This document shows positions 1-13,979 of a DNA stretch of 64,000 nucleotides, in pieces. Each line of letters starts with the position of its first letter. The stretch's first letter is position 1. The notes beneath the pieces were generated by a model. The model saw only the letters and a list, made by a program, of their open reading frames with translations. It was not told the origin of the DNA and did not search any database. The position numbers and the translations under genes are program-made. This DNA comes from Chiloscyllium plagiosum (lineage: Eukaryota), in assembly GCF_004010195.1 (NCBI RefSeq), contig NC_057733.1:34494021-34558020 (forward strand), given 5' to 3'.

Positions 1-445
1 GTCCCAAGATTCCATGGCACTCCAGAGTTACAGCTTCTCAAACCTGAAAACGACCCAATTATCTCAGCTCCAAGTTGGCAATGTAATCCTTATTTTATGC
101 TAATATGTTACCTCTTGCACCATGTGCTCTTATCTTATGTAGCATCCTTTCAAATGGAACCTCATGAAATGTCTTCAGAAAATAAGTAAGGCACAGGTAG
201 AGTTGCCCCTTTATTCATCTTGCCTGTTGCTTCAAGAACTAGTTGGTAGATAAATAGAACATCTTTCACAAAGCCATATCAATTCTGCCCAATTCCTGAG
301 TATCCTCCTATAACCTCCTTAATAATGGATTCTAGTAAATTCCTGAAATATCTACAGGTTACGCATCAATAGCAATATTCTAACTGATAATAGGAAACCT
401 GTATAAGAGAACATAACAGCTTTGTTCTAAGGGACACCAAAACTC

Positions 446-1689
446 TTGAATGCAATAGGACACAAATAGCTACACTGTGTTGATGTCACAAGGTAATTCA
501 AACAGTCAATGCTGTTGGTCCCGCCCAAGCATCAGAGAATCAGGCAGCATCCATGGTTTGATTTGGCATGCATTTATTTTCAGACTATACATCTTTGAAA
601 TACTTGTAGCTTTGTTTTTGCATTAATGGCATTTTATAAATGCAAGTTAAAGATGTCTGTAATAAAACATTCTAACTACAACATAAACCATAAGGACAAT
701 GGTAGCAATGGAGTTGTGCTACACTGTCAGAGGTACTGTACAGTGAGATTTTGAATTAAGGCTCGTCTGTTCGGTCCAGTGGACACAAACTATCCCATTG
801 GATTCAAGGGGAAACAGGTGAGATTCTACTCACCCTTCAACTTCTATGTCTTAAGCATGAAATGTTATTGAATTATCCTTTCAACAACTAACCAGAGTTT
901 TTTTACAATAGCTTAGTGGTCACTACAGAGATCATGACATTGGTATAATCTTGGCATATGAACCTATCACCGATTAATATAATCGGAGAGTGTGCATAGC
1001 TTGAATCTTTTGGAAAAATAAATCTGACTGGGTGAGTATGCCTCAGTGATTAGCTGTATGATTTGCTGTCAAGTTGAGTCTGCAGCAACAATTCATAGAA
1101 ATTCATTGGAAAACTACTTTTCTCGAACTAGCAAGCCACTTATTACATGCTGCTTATACCATTGATCAAATGAGGAGCAACCACTTCCACTACCCATTTG
1201 AAGGGAATCAGAGTCCCTACAGTGTGAATGCAGCTATTATTTTCAGTCTAATTTTTTCCCAGACGTACAGGTTTGTCAAGGGATCAGAAAGTATCTGCAT
1301 CAACTAACTCAAATCAGCTTTTAGAAGGAGTGGTACTCAAACCTGCAACATTGATGATTGCTAATTTATCAACAGTGACCCTTAACATGTCATTCCATTG
1401 TTGTTTGGGGATAGTGGAGAAATACATCTTCCATAATACATACTATGAATTTATCAGATTGCATAAATTTGGCAGAAGGGATGAAAGTCCTTAAGCCAAA
1501 AGTATTCCCAGCCCTTTTGTCTCAAACTTTAAAATTTAAGAGAACACCCCTTCAAACAAAACTATTGAATGCAATGGGACACAAATAGCTACACTGTGCT
1601 GATGTCACAAGGCAATTCAAGCAGTCAATGTGAAGATAGTTGGCTGCTTGGTCCCTCCCAAGCATCACAGAATCAGGCAGCATCCATGG
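446..1689 (+). repeat. Local direct duplication of ~110-125 bp (446-556 and 1565-1689)
   Basis: ttgaatgcaat(a/g)ggacacaaatagctacactgtg...gaatcaggcagcatccatgg occurs twice, with a few substitutions and one indel. Confidence 0.85.
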
Positions 1690-2331
1690 AGAGAGAAAAG
1701 AAAATTAATATTTCTGGTTGATAGCCTTTCATCAGAACATTTCTGATGATTTGAAAAATTAATTTGGTTTCTGTCTCCACGGTTGATGTCAGACCTGTAG
1801 AGTATTTCCAAAATTTTCTGGCTTTATAATATATTTCTAGCATCCACAGTATTTTACTGGTATGCCTTCAAGGAAGTTTGTTTTAGAGGCCAACTAACAA
1901 ACAAGGAGAAAACACCAGAATAAGACTTAAAAATGTGATATTGGCTCCACAAACACAGGAATTATGCTTATTATTAGTTCAGAAGTGAAATGGGTGATAG
2001 ATTTGGAAAACAACTAGCTATAAATTTTAGTTTACAAATGGGTTACAAAATGAGATTAATAGCCAGAATCAATCTGCCTCTAATTTTTAACAACTTTCTT
2101 TTTGATAACTACTGATGACACCACAGAAAAATGTTGCAATTTCTCCATTAAGTCTTGCATTATTGAGCCAAAAATCAGTCACATTCAACATGATACCAGG
2201 GTTTATACCATTGGTTTATCCAGTTTTCACTTTTAGAATTTTTCAGAAATCACTGCAAAGTTAATCTTGCTAAGCTGCAAAATGTAGGTCTAGTCCTGGA
2301 GAGAAATGTTACTGACCACAGTAGTGAAGTA

Positions 2332-2660
2332 CAGGTACACAATCCTTTATCAGAAATTCTGAAATCCGAAAAGCTCCGAAATATGAAACTTTTTCGTGGA
2401 ATGTCACTTTAGTGTACGAACAGGTAACCCAACTCCATACCCACTCGAACTATGTCACTCAGATGTAACAGGGTGGCATGGCCCAGCACTGGTAGGCATC
2501 AATTGTGTCTTAGTGCTCGTAATATTCACATGTGCGTCTGTTGTTAGGTAATTTTTTAAATTTCACTGTGAAAATATCATTTATTCCAAAATCTGAAATA
2601 TGCTGAATTTGAAAAAAAACCAGTGGCCCCAAGGATTTCAGATAAAGGATTGCGTATCCG
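2332..2660. mobile_element. Tc1/mariner-pogo (Tigger-like) MITE
   Basis: TIRs CAGGTACACAATCCTTTATC / GATAAAGGATTGCGTATCCG, flanked by TA (2330-2331, 2661-2662); subterminal CYGAAA repeats; no ORF. Confidence 0.85.
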
Positions 2661-4439
2661 TATTATAGTGAAGACAACCTGGTTAAAATGACATAGTTGC
2701 AATCCATGTGAAATTCTGATTAAATGGATTTTTTTTTTCTGTTTAGTTTTAATGGTACTGATATTCTTACCAGAAAAATCAGATACCTGACTACAACCTG
2801 GTTTGGCAGATGATTATTTTGAACTTTTTTGGTTTTAACCAGGTGATCTCTCACAGAAACAAAATGCAATGATGCATATTTAGTATTAACAATAAAACAG
2901 AAGTTTATTGTGCAGAAGAAATGAAAATAAAATAAGCCAAACTATCTTTTTGTGTATTTTTGATAGTGGACTAAAATAGACAAAGACTTTAAAAGCAAGT
3001 TAGTGGAACGCACTGCAAGTGGTATTTTCCCAGCTGCTTTGTTCAAATAGTGGCGACGGTTGGTTGGCAGATGGACTAGCAACAGGCTGTTAACACAATG
3101 AGAGATTCAGCCAGCAATAAGTAGCTGTTTGATTTGGAGTGGTTAACTCGTTGTTGATGATAAAAAGAAAAATCAGTCTGCCAATAATTATGACTCCAGG
3201 GTAAACAAACAACTTGTGTATGGGAATTACACTGCTAGAAGCCTTTGACTTCCAAAGTAGGAGGCAGTGTCCTTCTCCCTGCAGTCGGGAAATATTAAAG
3301 CCTGAATTCTGGTCTGTATTTTCTAGGTCTACAAAGACTGCTAAAATTGGAGAGTGTGTACGCTTTGACAAATCTCTCACTTTTGAGAGGGTTCTGGGAA
3401 CAGTAGGACTTTACTTCCACCATGTTACACCAGTGAGATGTGACAATTTACAAATAACACAAGTTCAAAGATTTTGAAAGATGTAGTAAACTACAACCCC
3501 AGTAACTCCAAAGGCACGGCTTTACAGGACTCAAATCATCAGAGAATAATCAGCGTGTGACTTAACAGATATTTCAATTCCCAGTCACAAGAATTCGATA
3601 GCCTTTGCCATAAGCCTTTATACAACTGAGCATTCGTATCCTATCCGACCGTGTCTGTCTGTAGTCGTGAGCATAGACTTTGCCAATTTCAAATAACCTC
3701 TTCAGGATTTTAACCAACCCTTGGGACTGTTTTATGCATTCTGCTTCTGCCAAGAAGTCCACAAACCTAACAAAAATCCAAAAGCTTTTTCCAATCTGAG
3801 TTACACTCTCAAGTCAGAAGAAAAAAAAAAGTCTGACCTTCTAAACTGAACTCTTAATGCACAACAGTTTACTTTGTTCCTGGTACAAACTCTCCCAAAG
3901 TAAATAAATTCCCATGAGCATCCAACAACTTTCTTCGATGGCTTTAAAAGAAATCACCATGACTACAGAAATAAATGCAAGTTAACCATGCCCTTCAGAC
4001 ATGGACCAAAATTCACATATCACTAGCTCAAATCATATCATTTTAGTTTGGAAGTTACAGGTAAATCACAAACCTTGTATAATATACAAGGTCTTTTAGT
4101 GCGATCATGAAAAATACATGATCATTAACTGTACTGCATTTTGCTCATCACTATCATTAAGTTAGGTTTTAGTACAGAACATGCACAAAGCAATGAATTT
4201 GTCAAGAGTAGCCATCTATATGAAAATGCTTTCAAATTAATTTTGCCCTCCAGCACATTTCAACCATTGCAAAGTATAAAGAAAATAATTTCTGAAGTAT
4301 AGTCTTATAATTCAAGGTCTGTTAATAAAATCAAGGCCTTTAATCTGAAAGTTTACATTGAGACTCCACAGAATAATCATACAAGACTGCAAGCACTGCA
4401 TTTGCAATCTTATGAAAGTAATGGATTAATAACAGAGAA

Positions 4440-4790
4440 AGTAATAGAGACATACAAGATAATCAGAGGGTTAAATAGGGTGGACAGGGAGAGCCTTTTT
4501 CCAAGTATGGGGACAGCAAACACGAGGAGATACAACTTTAAAGTGAGGGGAGATAGGTATAAGACAGATGTCAGAGGTAGTTTCTTTACTCAATAGTAAG
4601 AGTATGAAACGCTTTGCCTGCAGTGGTAGTAGATTCGCCACGTTTAAGCGCATTTAAGTCGTCATTGGACAGGCATATGGACGTACATGGAATTGTGTAG
4701 GTGGGATGGGCTTCAGATTAGTATGACAGGGTGGCGTAACATCGAGGGCTGAAGGGCCTGTACTGTGCTGTAATGTTCTATGTTCTATGA
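4440..4790 (+). mobile_element. CR1-clade LINE 3' fragment
   Basis: IETYKIIRGLNRVDRESLFP...FFTQ C-terminal ORF2 motif; ends in (ttctatg)n tail. Confidence 0.85.
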
Positions 4791-5007
4791 TAAGTAAATG
4801 ATCAAACTGTAGCAAATAGATGTTAATAAAGGTGAGAGGTTGTCCATGCTAGATAATAATGTAACTTAAAAAGGTCAATATTAAAATCAGAGCAGATCCA
4901 AAGAGATTTTAGATGCAAAAATGTCCAAGTACATGGCTCAGCAAAATGCCATGCACTAGCCCAGAAAACTAATCAAAAAAGCTAATTAAACATTGGTTTT
5001 CATCATC

Positions 5008-5350
5008 ATCGAATCCCTTGTGCGGAGGCAGGCCATTTGGCCCAACGAATTAACATCAATCCTCCAAAAAGCAGCCTAATCAGACCCACCCATATCACCA
5101 TAACCTTGCACTTTCCACGGCCAACCCATCTATTGTGCATATCCCTGGACACTATAGACAATTTAGCATTGCCAATCCACCTACCCTGTACATCTTTAGA
5201 CTGAGGTAAGAAACTGGAGCACCTGGAAGAAACCATTGGAGACACTGGGAGAATGTGCAAACTCCACACAGTGTCGCCCAAGGGTGGAATCGAATCTAGG
5301 TCCCCAGCGCTATGAGGAAGCAGTGCTGACCCCTGAGCCATCATGTCACC
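5008..5350 (-). mobile_element. HE1-like tRNA-derived SINE inserted into an older CR1 fragment (~4860-5900)
   Basis: Minus-strand head TGGCTCAGGGGTCAGCACTGCT...GATTCGATTCC (A/B boxes) and body TGTGTGGAGTTTGCACATTCTCCC; similar copies at 55.6 and 58.4 kb. Confidence 0.8.
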
Positions 5351-6273
5351 ATGATATTTAAAGGAATGATATACAAAGGGTGGAATTATTATTTATAGGT
5401 GTACAAAGCCCTTGGTTACTGGAATGCTCGGGGTGGGGGGGTTGCACATGTCGGCTAGGTTTAACAGAATACTCAACTGGGCTCTAAGGGATAAGTTACT
5501 TGGACAGACAGCACAAAGTAGGGGTATGGGCCTTGGGAGTTAGATGAGTATGGGATGATTTGATTGAAGTTTTCAAATTAATTAAGGGGAACATTCCTGT
5601 TGGTTGGGATGTCTCAGATTATGCCATAGTCTACAAGTTAGAGCCAGACTTTTCAGTAATATAGGGAATACTTCTACCTGAAAAAGGAGAGAGAAGTTTG
5701 GAACTCCCTTCTGCAAAATGCAATTGATGGCCAATCAATTGTTGAACTTAAAATGAGACTGAAAAACTATTTACTTTAATTATTAAGAATTATGGGACAA
5801 AAGCAGGTATATGGAGTTAGGTTACAGATTAACCACGGTCTTATCAAATAACAGAACAGACTCAAAGGGCTGCCTCAAATGGACCACTGATGCTCCAAGA
5901 ATTTTGTGTGTCTGTAAACTCAACTGAAGATATGCATTTATAGTTTCATGTGTTTTCTGGAAAATTCAGGCCTCAAAATGCATGACTATGAAAAACATTT
6001 TGCAAGATGGACATTACTATATTCAGGTGGTTCAAAATTACCAGGATCTTGCCCAATAAAAGATTGAAGTCGCTGCTGATGAACCTGTTGAAAACTATTT
6101 CAGCTGCCATTCCAAATACTTTTTTTTCATGATCAAGTGCGTTAGAAAAAGGATAGTTGGAAAAGTATGCGCTGCCACTGCCTGCAGTCCAGAGAGTGTA
6201 TGTTTTTTTTCCTCCAAAGCACAATATTTTTGCTTTAACAAAATAAGACTCATTAAATGTGAAGCAATCTTAC

Positions 6274-6385
6274 CATTAGGAATCAGAATTCCACCTAACA
6301 TGGTGCCAAACACTATTCCAGCTGTAATAAGTTTAAAACGTAAGGGTGGCATATATCCTCCTGCAGCGAAGGTACCGTCCTTCTG
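6274..6385 (-). CDS. SLC38A10: SLC38A10 coding exon 9 ([37 protein letters not shown]); later exons lie beyond the window start
   Basis: Acceptor tttcag|CAG, donor AATG|gtaaga; 112 nt; ORF 6095..6352. Confidence 0.95.
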
Positions 6386-7964
6386 CTGAAATCAAAAGGG
6401 AGGAGAAAGTTGGTAAATTGTTCAATATCTTCAATTAAGAAAACATGAAAATCTAGCTAAGTGGGATAAAATGAGAATTCAATTGTGAAATCAAATCTCA
6501 TCACTATTTAGCTTGGCCATAACCTCCATTACTCTAACTAAAATACACTTGATTGGTAAGGACATTATGCTCGATCACAGTTGTGCACCACCTACCAAAC
6601 AAACTATTGACTTTCTCAGGGTCATATATAAGGTTACCATCAAGAGCCATGAATATTCATTCTACTGAGTTGCTTTTACTAAGTAAGCCTGCGGTTGACA
6701 TTAGCTTAACATTGACAAAGGATTTCACTTCTCAAACAAGATTGAGTTTTTCTAAATTTCTCAACTTGCAGATATTTGTAAAGTAGGAAATATTAGTATA
6801 CTTCAGAAGATAGTGGCCCAGAAATACTAATGGCCAGACAGTAATTTCTGCAATGCTCGCTGGAGTTGCACATGAGGGCCATGTGAAAATTCCAACACAG
6901 CTGACTCCAAAAGAAATTGCCCTAGAAATGGCCCTACATCCCAAGCCTTCAAAAAAATCTCCTTAAAGTCAAAATTCAGTAAGTTCCAAATTCAGTTAAG
7001 TTTAATAGTTATCCAGGAAAGATTAGTAGATTAGACAAACAACTGTAATACTGGTTAACTATTAAACTAATCCCCAAATGCAACACTGACCCTTCTACTA
7101 AATTCAACACCCTCCACCACACTGAGAACCCCAATCCAAATCCCTGCTCTGACTTTCTGTACCACTGCCACAACCCCAGTGGAACCCATAGCTCCCTCCC
7201 AACACCAACCCCCGAACAGAAAGTCATTCCCTGGCCCTAACTGAACAGCCACCTGCCAGACCTAATGTCACTTCACCACCTCGATCGAACATTCTCGTTC
7301 TTCCACTCCCACAACCTCTTACCAGCACCTACATTAGGTACTCAAAAGTTCAACTGGCACCCTATGCACCTCAACCATTGAATATTATTCTCTTATCTAT
7401 AAACCCCCTCACTTCCACACTTAAAATGGAATGGGGTCTTTATATAACTTAAGTCCTAAAAGAGCACAGCAAGAGCCATGAATATGGAAAGTATTGCAAA
7501 CAATGCTGTTCCTGCACTGAATGCATTTCTCTCTGATTTTCACCGATGATGCACTTGGATCAGCCAGACTTGGAAATCGGGTCAGAAAAATAGTCAACAA
7601 CCCAATGAGGACGACAGTGACTCGAAGGCAGCCCACTGCCTCCATCTCCAGGTCAATTAGGGATATGCAATAAATGCTATTCTAGCCAGTGATGTCCATA
7701 CCCTATAAACAAATGTAGAAAACCCACTTGCCAGCCACAAATAATTAATCACAGTTGGGGTTCAATTTCTGTATCGAAATTAACCTTAAACGCTGCGGCC
7801 CAAACCACCAATGCTACGGAATGAACATGAGCAGACTGGAATATAGAAGTGAGTTTCAAGCTTAAAATAATTTTAAAAACTACTTACATTTAAAACTTAT
7901 TCTAACCCTCCCACAACCTGTACATTTATTACATACAGATAGCTTTTTTTTTCAATGTACTTAC

Positions 7965-8150
7965 TTGCAACTGTTCAAAGAGAAAAGTGTTCAGAGCTTG
8001 TCGGCAAGGAAGAATCATCATGGGGAACCCCACAGCAACAGACATCATAAATCCTACACGAATCATCTCTGTGACCAAGTTGGACGGAAAGTTCATCATA
8101 ACATTCCCAGCGATATTATCAGTGTAACCGATGTAACCAAAAGAACCAAC
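7965..8150 (-). CDS. SLC38A10: SLC38A10 coding exon 8 ([62 protein letters not shown])
   Basis: Acceptor caacag|GTT, donor CAA|gtaagt; 186 nt; ORF 7929..8225. Confidence 0.96.
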
Positions 8151-8199
8151 CTGTTGGGTGACGATGATAATAATAACAATAATCATCAAATAAGACCTT

Positions 8200-8740
8200 A
8201 AGACACAGCAGCAGAATGAGACCATTCAATCTAATGAATCTGCTCCACCATTTAATCATGGCTGATTTGTTTCTCAATCCATTCTCCTGCCTTCTCCCTG
8301 TAACTTTTGATTCTTTTACTAATCAAGGACCTATCTTTATCTTAAATACATTCAACGACTTGGCCTCCACTGTGTTCTGCGGCACTGAGTTCCACAGATT
8401 CACCACCCTCTGGCTGAAGAAATTTCTCTTATTAATTCTAAAGGGGTTTCCCTTCACCCTGGTCCAAGTCTCTTTTTTTAGTGGAAGCATCTTCTCCATG
8501 TCTCTCAGTGTTCCATAGGCTTCAATGATATCGCCCTGCATTCTTCCAAACTTGGAGTACAGATGCAGAGTTCTCAACCATTTCTCATGTGATAAGTCTT
8601 GGGAACAAAGGAGCATTCTTGTGAACTTCCTCTCCAAGGCAAGCACATCCTTCCTTAGAAATGGGGCCCATGACTGCTCACAATATGACCAGAGTTTTGT
8701 ACAGCCTTAGCAATGCATCCCTGCCTTGTATTCTATCCCA
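8200..8740 (-). mobile_element. CR1 LINE 3' fragment
   Basis: ORF 8323..8646: KFTRML...RNFFSQRVVNLWNS. Confidence 0.85.
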
Positions 8741-9106
8741 CAATTTTCCCTTCACGTTAATTGCCAAATACTCAAGCTATTATCCACCATTATCCATATC
8801 TACAAGCATTTTGAGGAGCCAGAAACTCCAGGTTCAAGCCCCAGCTCGGGACTGATAGACATGAAATGTGGGGCTCATAAGATGGACAAAAAGATTAATT
8901 ACTAGGCTATGAATCCTTCATAAGTGCATATGAATCTGGTCAGAGTGGGGAATTAGCTAGTCAATTATGCTATGATTCTCAGCTAATGAATAGAAATGTC
9001 TAGCATTAAGACGGACATTCAGCTGTAAAACCAACTGCCAAATCTAAAATTACTGTTGACATCAAGGTAATCAACCAGCATTATGGCAACTCCACATAAC
9101 AGGAAA

Positions 9107-9111
<5 letters not shown>

Positions 9112-9145
<34 letters not shown>
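9112..9145. repeat. (GA)n microsatellite
   Basis: About 17 GA units. Confidence 0.95.
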
Positions 9146-9147
<2 letters not shown>

Positions 9148-10535
9148 CTCATCTCCATGTTTACAATCTAAGCAATGTAGCCAGTGTAAAATATTGAAGT
9201 CTTAAGTAACTTTTCAAACTTGTATTTCAAAACCTTTTCTGATTTTACATAGCAGAAATAGTTCTTTTTTAGCACTGTATACTCAAAAAATTTTAAAGAA
9301 AACTAAACAAGATACATCATTTATCACCAAAATTCAAAAGAATGAGAAACAGTAAAGCAGTAACACAACAGGTATATTAAATTAAGACTCTTAATCCAAG
9401 TAGAAATTTAAACATTTTCTTGGGTTTATTTTTTATAGATAAAAATATTTAAACTAAGAATTCATTTTGAAATGTACAACTTAAACTACACACTTTAAAG
9501 TCTTTGCGGGTATTTGTCAGATGGCCATTGGATCTTTCAATATTTATCTTTAAACAGTCCTACTTACACAAATGTAAAACCAAATCTCTTTACACAAAAA
9601 AATTAAATGGTTTTCAAACAAATTGATAGGAAAAAAATTAGATACATATGTAAATGCTTGTAAGTTTTAAGGTTGCATTACTATACTAATTGACCAGATT
9701 TGTGAAGCATTAGATTTATCTGCTCCAATATATTATTCTATACTCTCCAATTTAATTACATCTTGGGAATTAATAAGGGATTTTGTTTTTGTTTCAAGAA
9801 TTATAAATATCAGAATGTGTTTTCTTCAATAATTAAAGTTACCCAACAAGACTTGTGTATTATTTCTAATGCTGTGACTCGGCTAAGCTCCCTCCCCCCC
9901 CCCCCCCCCACTCCAACAAGGCTTCATTGTCCCTTAAGCTGCCACAAGTTAATTAGATCTAAAGATCTAGCATATAAAAGTAAATATCAAACAAATATAT
10001 CTTTCTAAGCCTTCAGTCAGTATTATTTCAGGAATATTGATTGACAATAAAAACCAAACAACTGTTGATGTTAGAAACCAGAAGCAAAAACGGAAATTCT
10101 TGCAAAAACTCATCAGTTCTTGCAGCTTCTGTGGAGAGAAAGCAGTGTCAACATTTTGGGTTCAATACGTATTCCACAAACTCACTCGCCCAAACACTCG
10201 CCACCCTGTTTAGAACAGTTCTGAAGGCCAAATATGAACTCTACTTTCTCTTCGTAGATGCTGCCAGATTATTAGGAATTTTTTTTTAAAGTAATACCAA
10301 TGACACATCACACTTAAACAAATTCACCAAAGTGTGTTGCGTCAAATTATAGCTATTCAAAAGATTTTCTATTTTAAAAAGTCTAGCGTTGCCACTGTTC
10401 ACATCATTTAAGCTGAAATGTTGCAATACATATCATCTTCTATAATTTATCCCCAATACAAGCTGCTTCTATTAATTTTCAAAAGCTACTGCACAGTTAT
10501 CTAGTTACATGCAATATGAACCACCAGAGACTTAC

Positions 10536-10638
10536 AGTTATGTAAAACATATTAACCACATTCAGGGCTGATGAGAAGATTGTGCTCATCCGTTTAACAG
10601 AAGGTTCATCCAAGCTGTCATAGGTGGGCAACACTTGA
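10536..10638 (-). CDS. SLC38A10: SLC38A10 coding exon 7 ([34 protein letters not shown])
   Basis: Acceptor ctcatag|T, donor ACT|gtaagt; 103 nt; hand translation. Confidence 0.96.
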
Positions 10639-13627
10639 CTATGAGAAAATTATAAAAATAAACCCATCAGTTTGAGCAACACTTTTTTTAAAAAAATCAA
10701 AATGACATCTGAAATATCTCTAAAGCTCAAAAATTATTGACAATTAGAAAAGCAAAATACTGCAGGTGCTGGAGATCTGAGAAAGAAACAGAAATGCTTC
10801 AGAAACTCCAAGTTGGAAATATCTCTGGAAAGAGAAACAGAGTTTAGGTTTGCGTCAAATATATAATTTATTCAGAGCCAGACTTATTAAGTTTCTCTAG
10901 CAACTTGTTTTTTCACAATTAATCCATTAATGTTTCTTTATTAAATTTGGGTGTATGACTCAAAGCTCTTACTAAGTGCAAGTAGATAGAAATTGTTAAG
11001 ACTATCATAAGTAGATTTCCTCAAAGCACTACGAATCATCTTTAAAAAAATGCACAACTAAAAATGACTTAAGTCTAAGCCATAAGTCTCATTGTTCGGT
11101 GGTGAATCTATTTGTTATGCTGAGGTTAAACAATATATTGGTGTTACAATGCTACAAATTTGATTAATTGAAAAGAGCAACAGGAATATTCCTTGGAATA
11201 AAGGGATTGAGCCAAGAAAAAAACTATTACAGAAAACCATCTCGACAGCTTGGGAAGAAAATTTAGTAGTATAAAAAGGCATATTGAAATACAGGTGATT
11301 TTAAAGTCTAACAAATTTGAACAAAAGGTACAAAATTAAATTAGTGAAATTAAAAATTCAAATACTACAAAGCACTTCTGTACCTAATGTTCGATAACTG
11401 TTGAAAATAATCTGCCTAGCAATGCAATTGAGACAAAAGCCTTCGAGGAATTTGACATGCAGTTGAATGCCAAATTATTCAAGTTAAACTTATTGAAAAG
11501 ATAAGCTTCACTAGTCTAAATAATCTTAATTGTGATTGTTCTTAATTACTATAATAAAAATACAGCAAAATCATTTCAGGAATTTGAAGCTTTATACTCC
11601 AGTAAATAGACTTAACAGAGAAGTGCAAGTGCAAGTTTGTACCTGTGGATTTAGCTAGAGTAGACAAAAACTTGGGGCTCCCTCTCCATGATTAAACCAA
11701 AAATTGATAGGTAGCTGGAGAAAGAAAGAGGGCTAGATTCATCTGCAACTGGCTCCGATGTAGTGGTGGTAATGACAGCAAAATTGTCAGTGTGCAATTT
11801 CATTAGATAGCCAAAATTGATATTAACTTTGGCAGTGCACACACGCACAGAATAATGTGGAAATTCAGAAACTGCAGAGATTCTATGTTTCTCCAGAGGA
11901 TGCACTGCTGAAGTTCCTCAAAATAACCTGACCATTCATTGTGCTAATTGCACGATAATGTTGTTCACAAAATAGCTTTGCATTGGGCTACATTACTATG
12001 AGAGCAGTTAACAGTAAAATCACGATGTACAAAGTAATTTTGAAATGAAAGACATCTGATAGTAGAAATTCTCTTAGTGATAAACTCATTTTGCATTATA
12101 ATACAGTTGAATCTGAATATTCAATGACCTTAGATACAATCCAGATGAGTCAGGGTCAGAAGCAGATGTTTCAAATGTTTTGGAAATATGGCCAGCAAGA
12201 GGGATTTGTGGGAAAAATAGAAATTAACTTAAAAGATACAATCTGTTTGTGAAATTGATTTGACTATATTGCAAATTCAACTAGATTTAAAAATATAAAT
12301 TGTTATCTAACCGCTGATTACAACTTTAAAAAATTTCCCATGAACCTAAGCAGTAACATATTGAAGAGTATATAACTCAATGGCAGCTTCTCATTTTCAG
12401 TGGATGCATGTATATTTTGAAGTGCAATTTACCTGTTTTGGGAGCACAAGGAGATTTCCGCCTTAATACTTTTAGTAACAGTTTGTTAATTTTGTTTTTT
12501 CAGCACTTATGCAATAAAATGCATTTTAATGCTAAGCAATTTGCATATGGAGCACTGGCACAGAATTGCACTAAAGTAATGTTGTGAATATAAAAGAACT
12601 TCAATACCATGAATTTCAGTGTGGCCAGAGTTAAGGAATTTGCTTGTATGTTCTTTAACTGAAGCAGAATAACATGAATAAAATTTGGACAGCTTTCGGT
12701 TATTTGTAACTGTTCATTGGAGTTCAACTGCATCAGTTCTACCCAGGTTAATTACAAATTGATGGGTAACATTGAAGTTTAATAGATAGAATGGTATGGC
12801 ACATTTAAAACAAGCAATCCCTTGCGAAGGTGATATCAAACTCGAATTATCTTAAATAATTTGAATTTCACACAGCAGCTACATCAATAACTGAAACCAA
12901 CTAATAATGAGAATTTTATTTTGCTATATAAAATTAGTTCAACAAAATCTACAAGATAAGGGCGTCTTGTGTGGAGGACAGGTGCATCTTTATAGCCAAA
13001 TTACCTCCCTAAAGACTGAAAAAGTACTGGTCCTAAGAGAAAAGATGCATTTAGATGATGTAACAAATTTCACTTTCATTTCTTACCCTATTTCAAATCC
13101 CACTCTTCCAGTCAACACCCAATACTACCTAAACTGGATCCCAATTTTTCAACAACTCTAATTTACAATTTTTGTCTTTGTGATTAAAACATGTGTTTTG
13201 CCAAACACCTCTCTGAGTAATCACTTCTAGTTCTATAGTTCCAACAATATCCTTTTGCACATTCATCTCACTTTTCACCCCACTACAGGCAACCCTGCTT
13301 TCATCGAATTTGGATCAAAGCTGTTAGGCCAATCTGTACAACACTTCAACCTGCCACTTCCCTGTTCTTCAGTAATACCCTCCTGAAAACCCACCTCTAA
13401 ACAAGCTCTTGCTCGCCTCTTAATGTTCACGAAGTGTCTAGGGAAATTTTTCTAAAATTAAGACACTGTAAATGCACGTTGTTGCTCAATTCCAATTCCT
13501 CCTGTAAGATCACGCAGGTCTAATTAATCCACGTTTAATGAATAACAACTAGTAAGCTTTAAGGATGAAATGTTGTTGCTGTAGAAACAGCACAAAACAA
13601 TTTAGAAAAAGAAAACAAAGTACTTAC

Positions 13628-13752
13628 GATTGGCAAGCAAAAGACATGCCATAGATAGGAATGCACTGAAAAAAGCCTTCCCAGCGAACGTAACTGACTC
13701 GGCTAAGCCACTGACCATTGAAGAGGCCGTGTTTGAAGGAAGACAGCACAAT
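13628..13752 (-). CDS. SLC38A10: SLC38A10 coding exon 6 ([42 protein letters not shown])
   Basis: Acceptor cccacag|ATT, donor TC|gtaagt; 125 nt; hand translation. Confidence 0.96.
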
Positions 13753-13979
13753 CTGTGGGAAGAGAAATCACCAAGGTTATCAGTCAGTAAATAAATAGCT
13801 CTAAGCATCACCTTTTAAGGATTACAAAATTAACAGAGCATTGCAAATGAGGGGGACTATTTGGTCCACCTCAATTCATCCATCTGGACTGGCCCCAGAG
13901 ATCACTGCAGCGACTTATCCTTTTGAATGATTCTTGGATTTGTGTCTGATGTATCTGGAAATCTATTTTACACTATTAT

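Noticed and set aside
2700-4110. Possible old LTR-like or nested repeat
   Set aside because: Could not define termini, TSD or coding motifs
1-6273. SLC38A10 exon 10 (expected VETILGLTGATMGSL...)
   Set aside because: No matching sequence seen by eye; probably lies beyond the left edge
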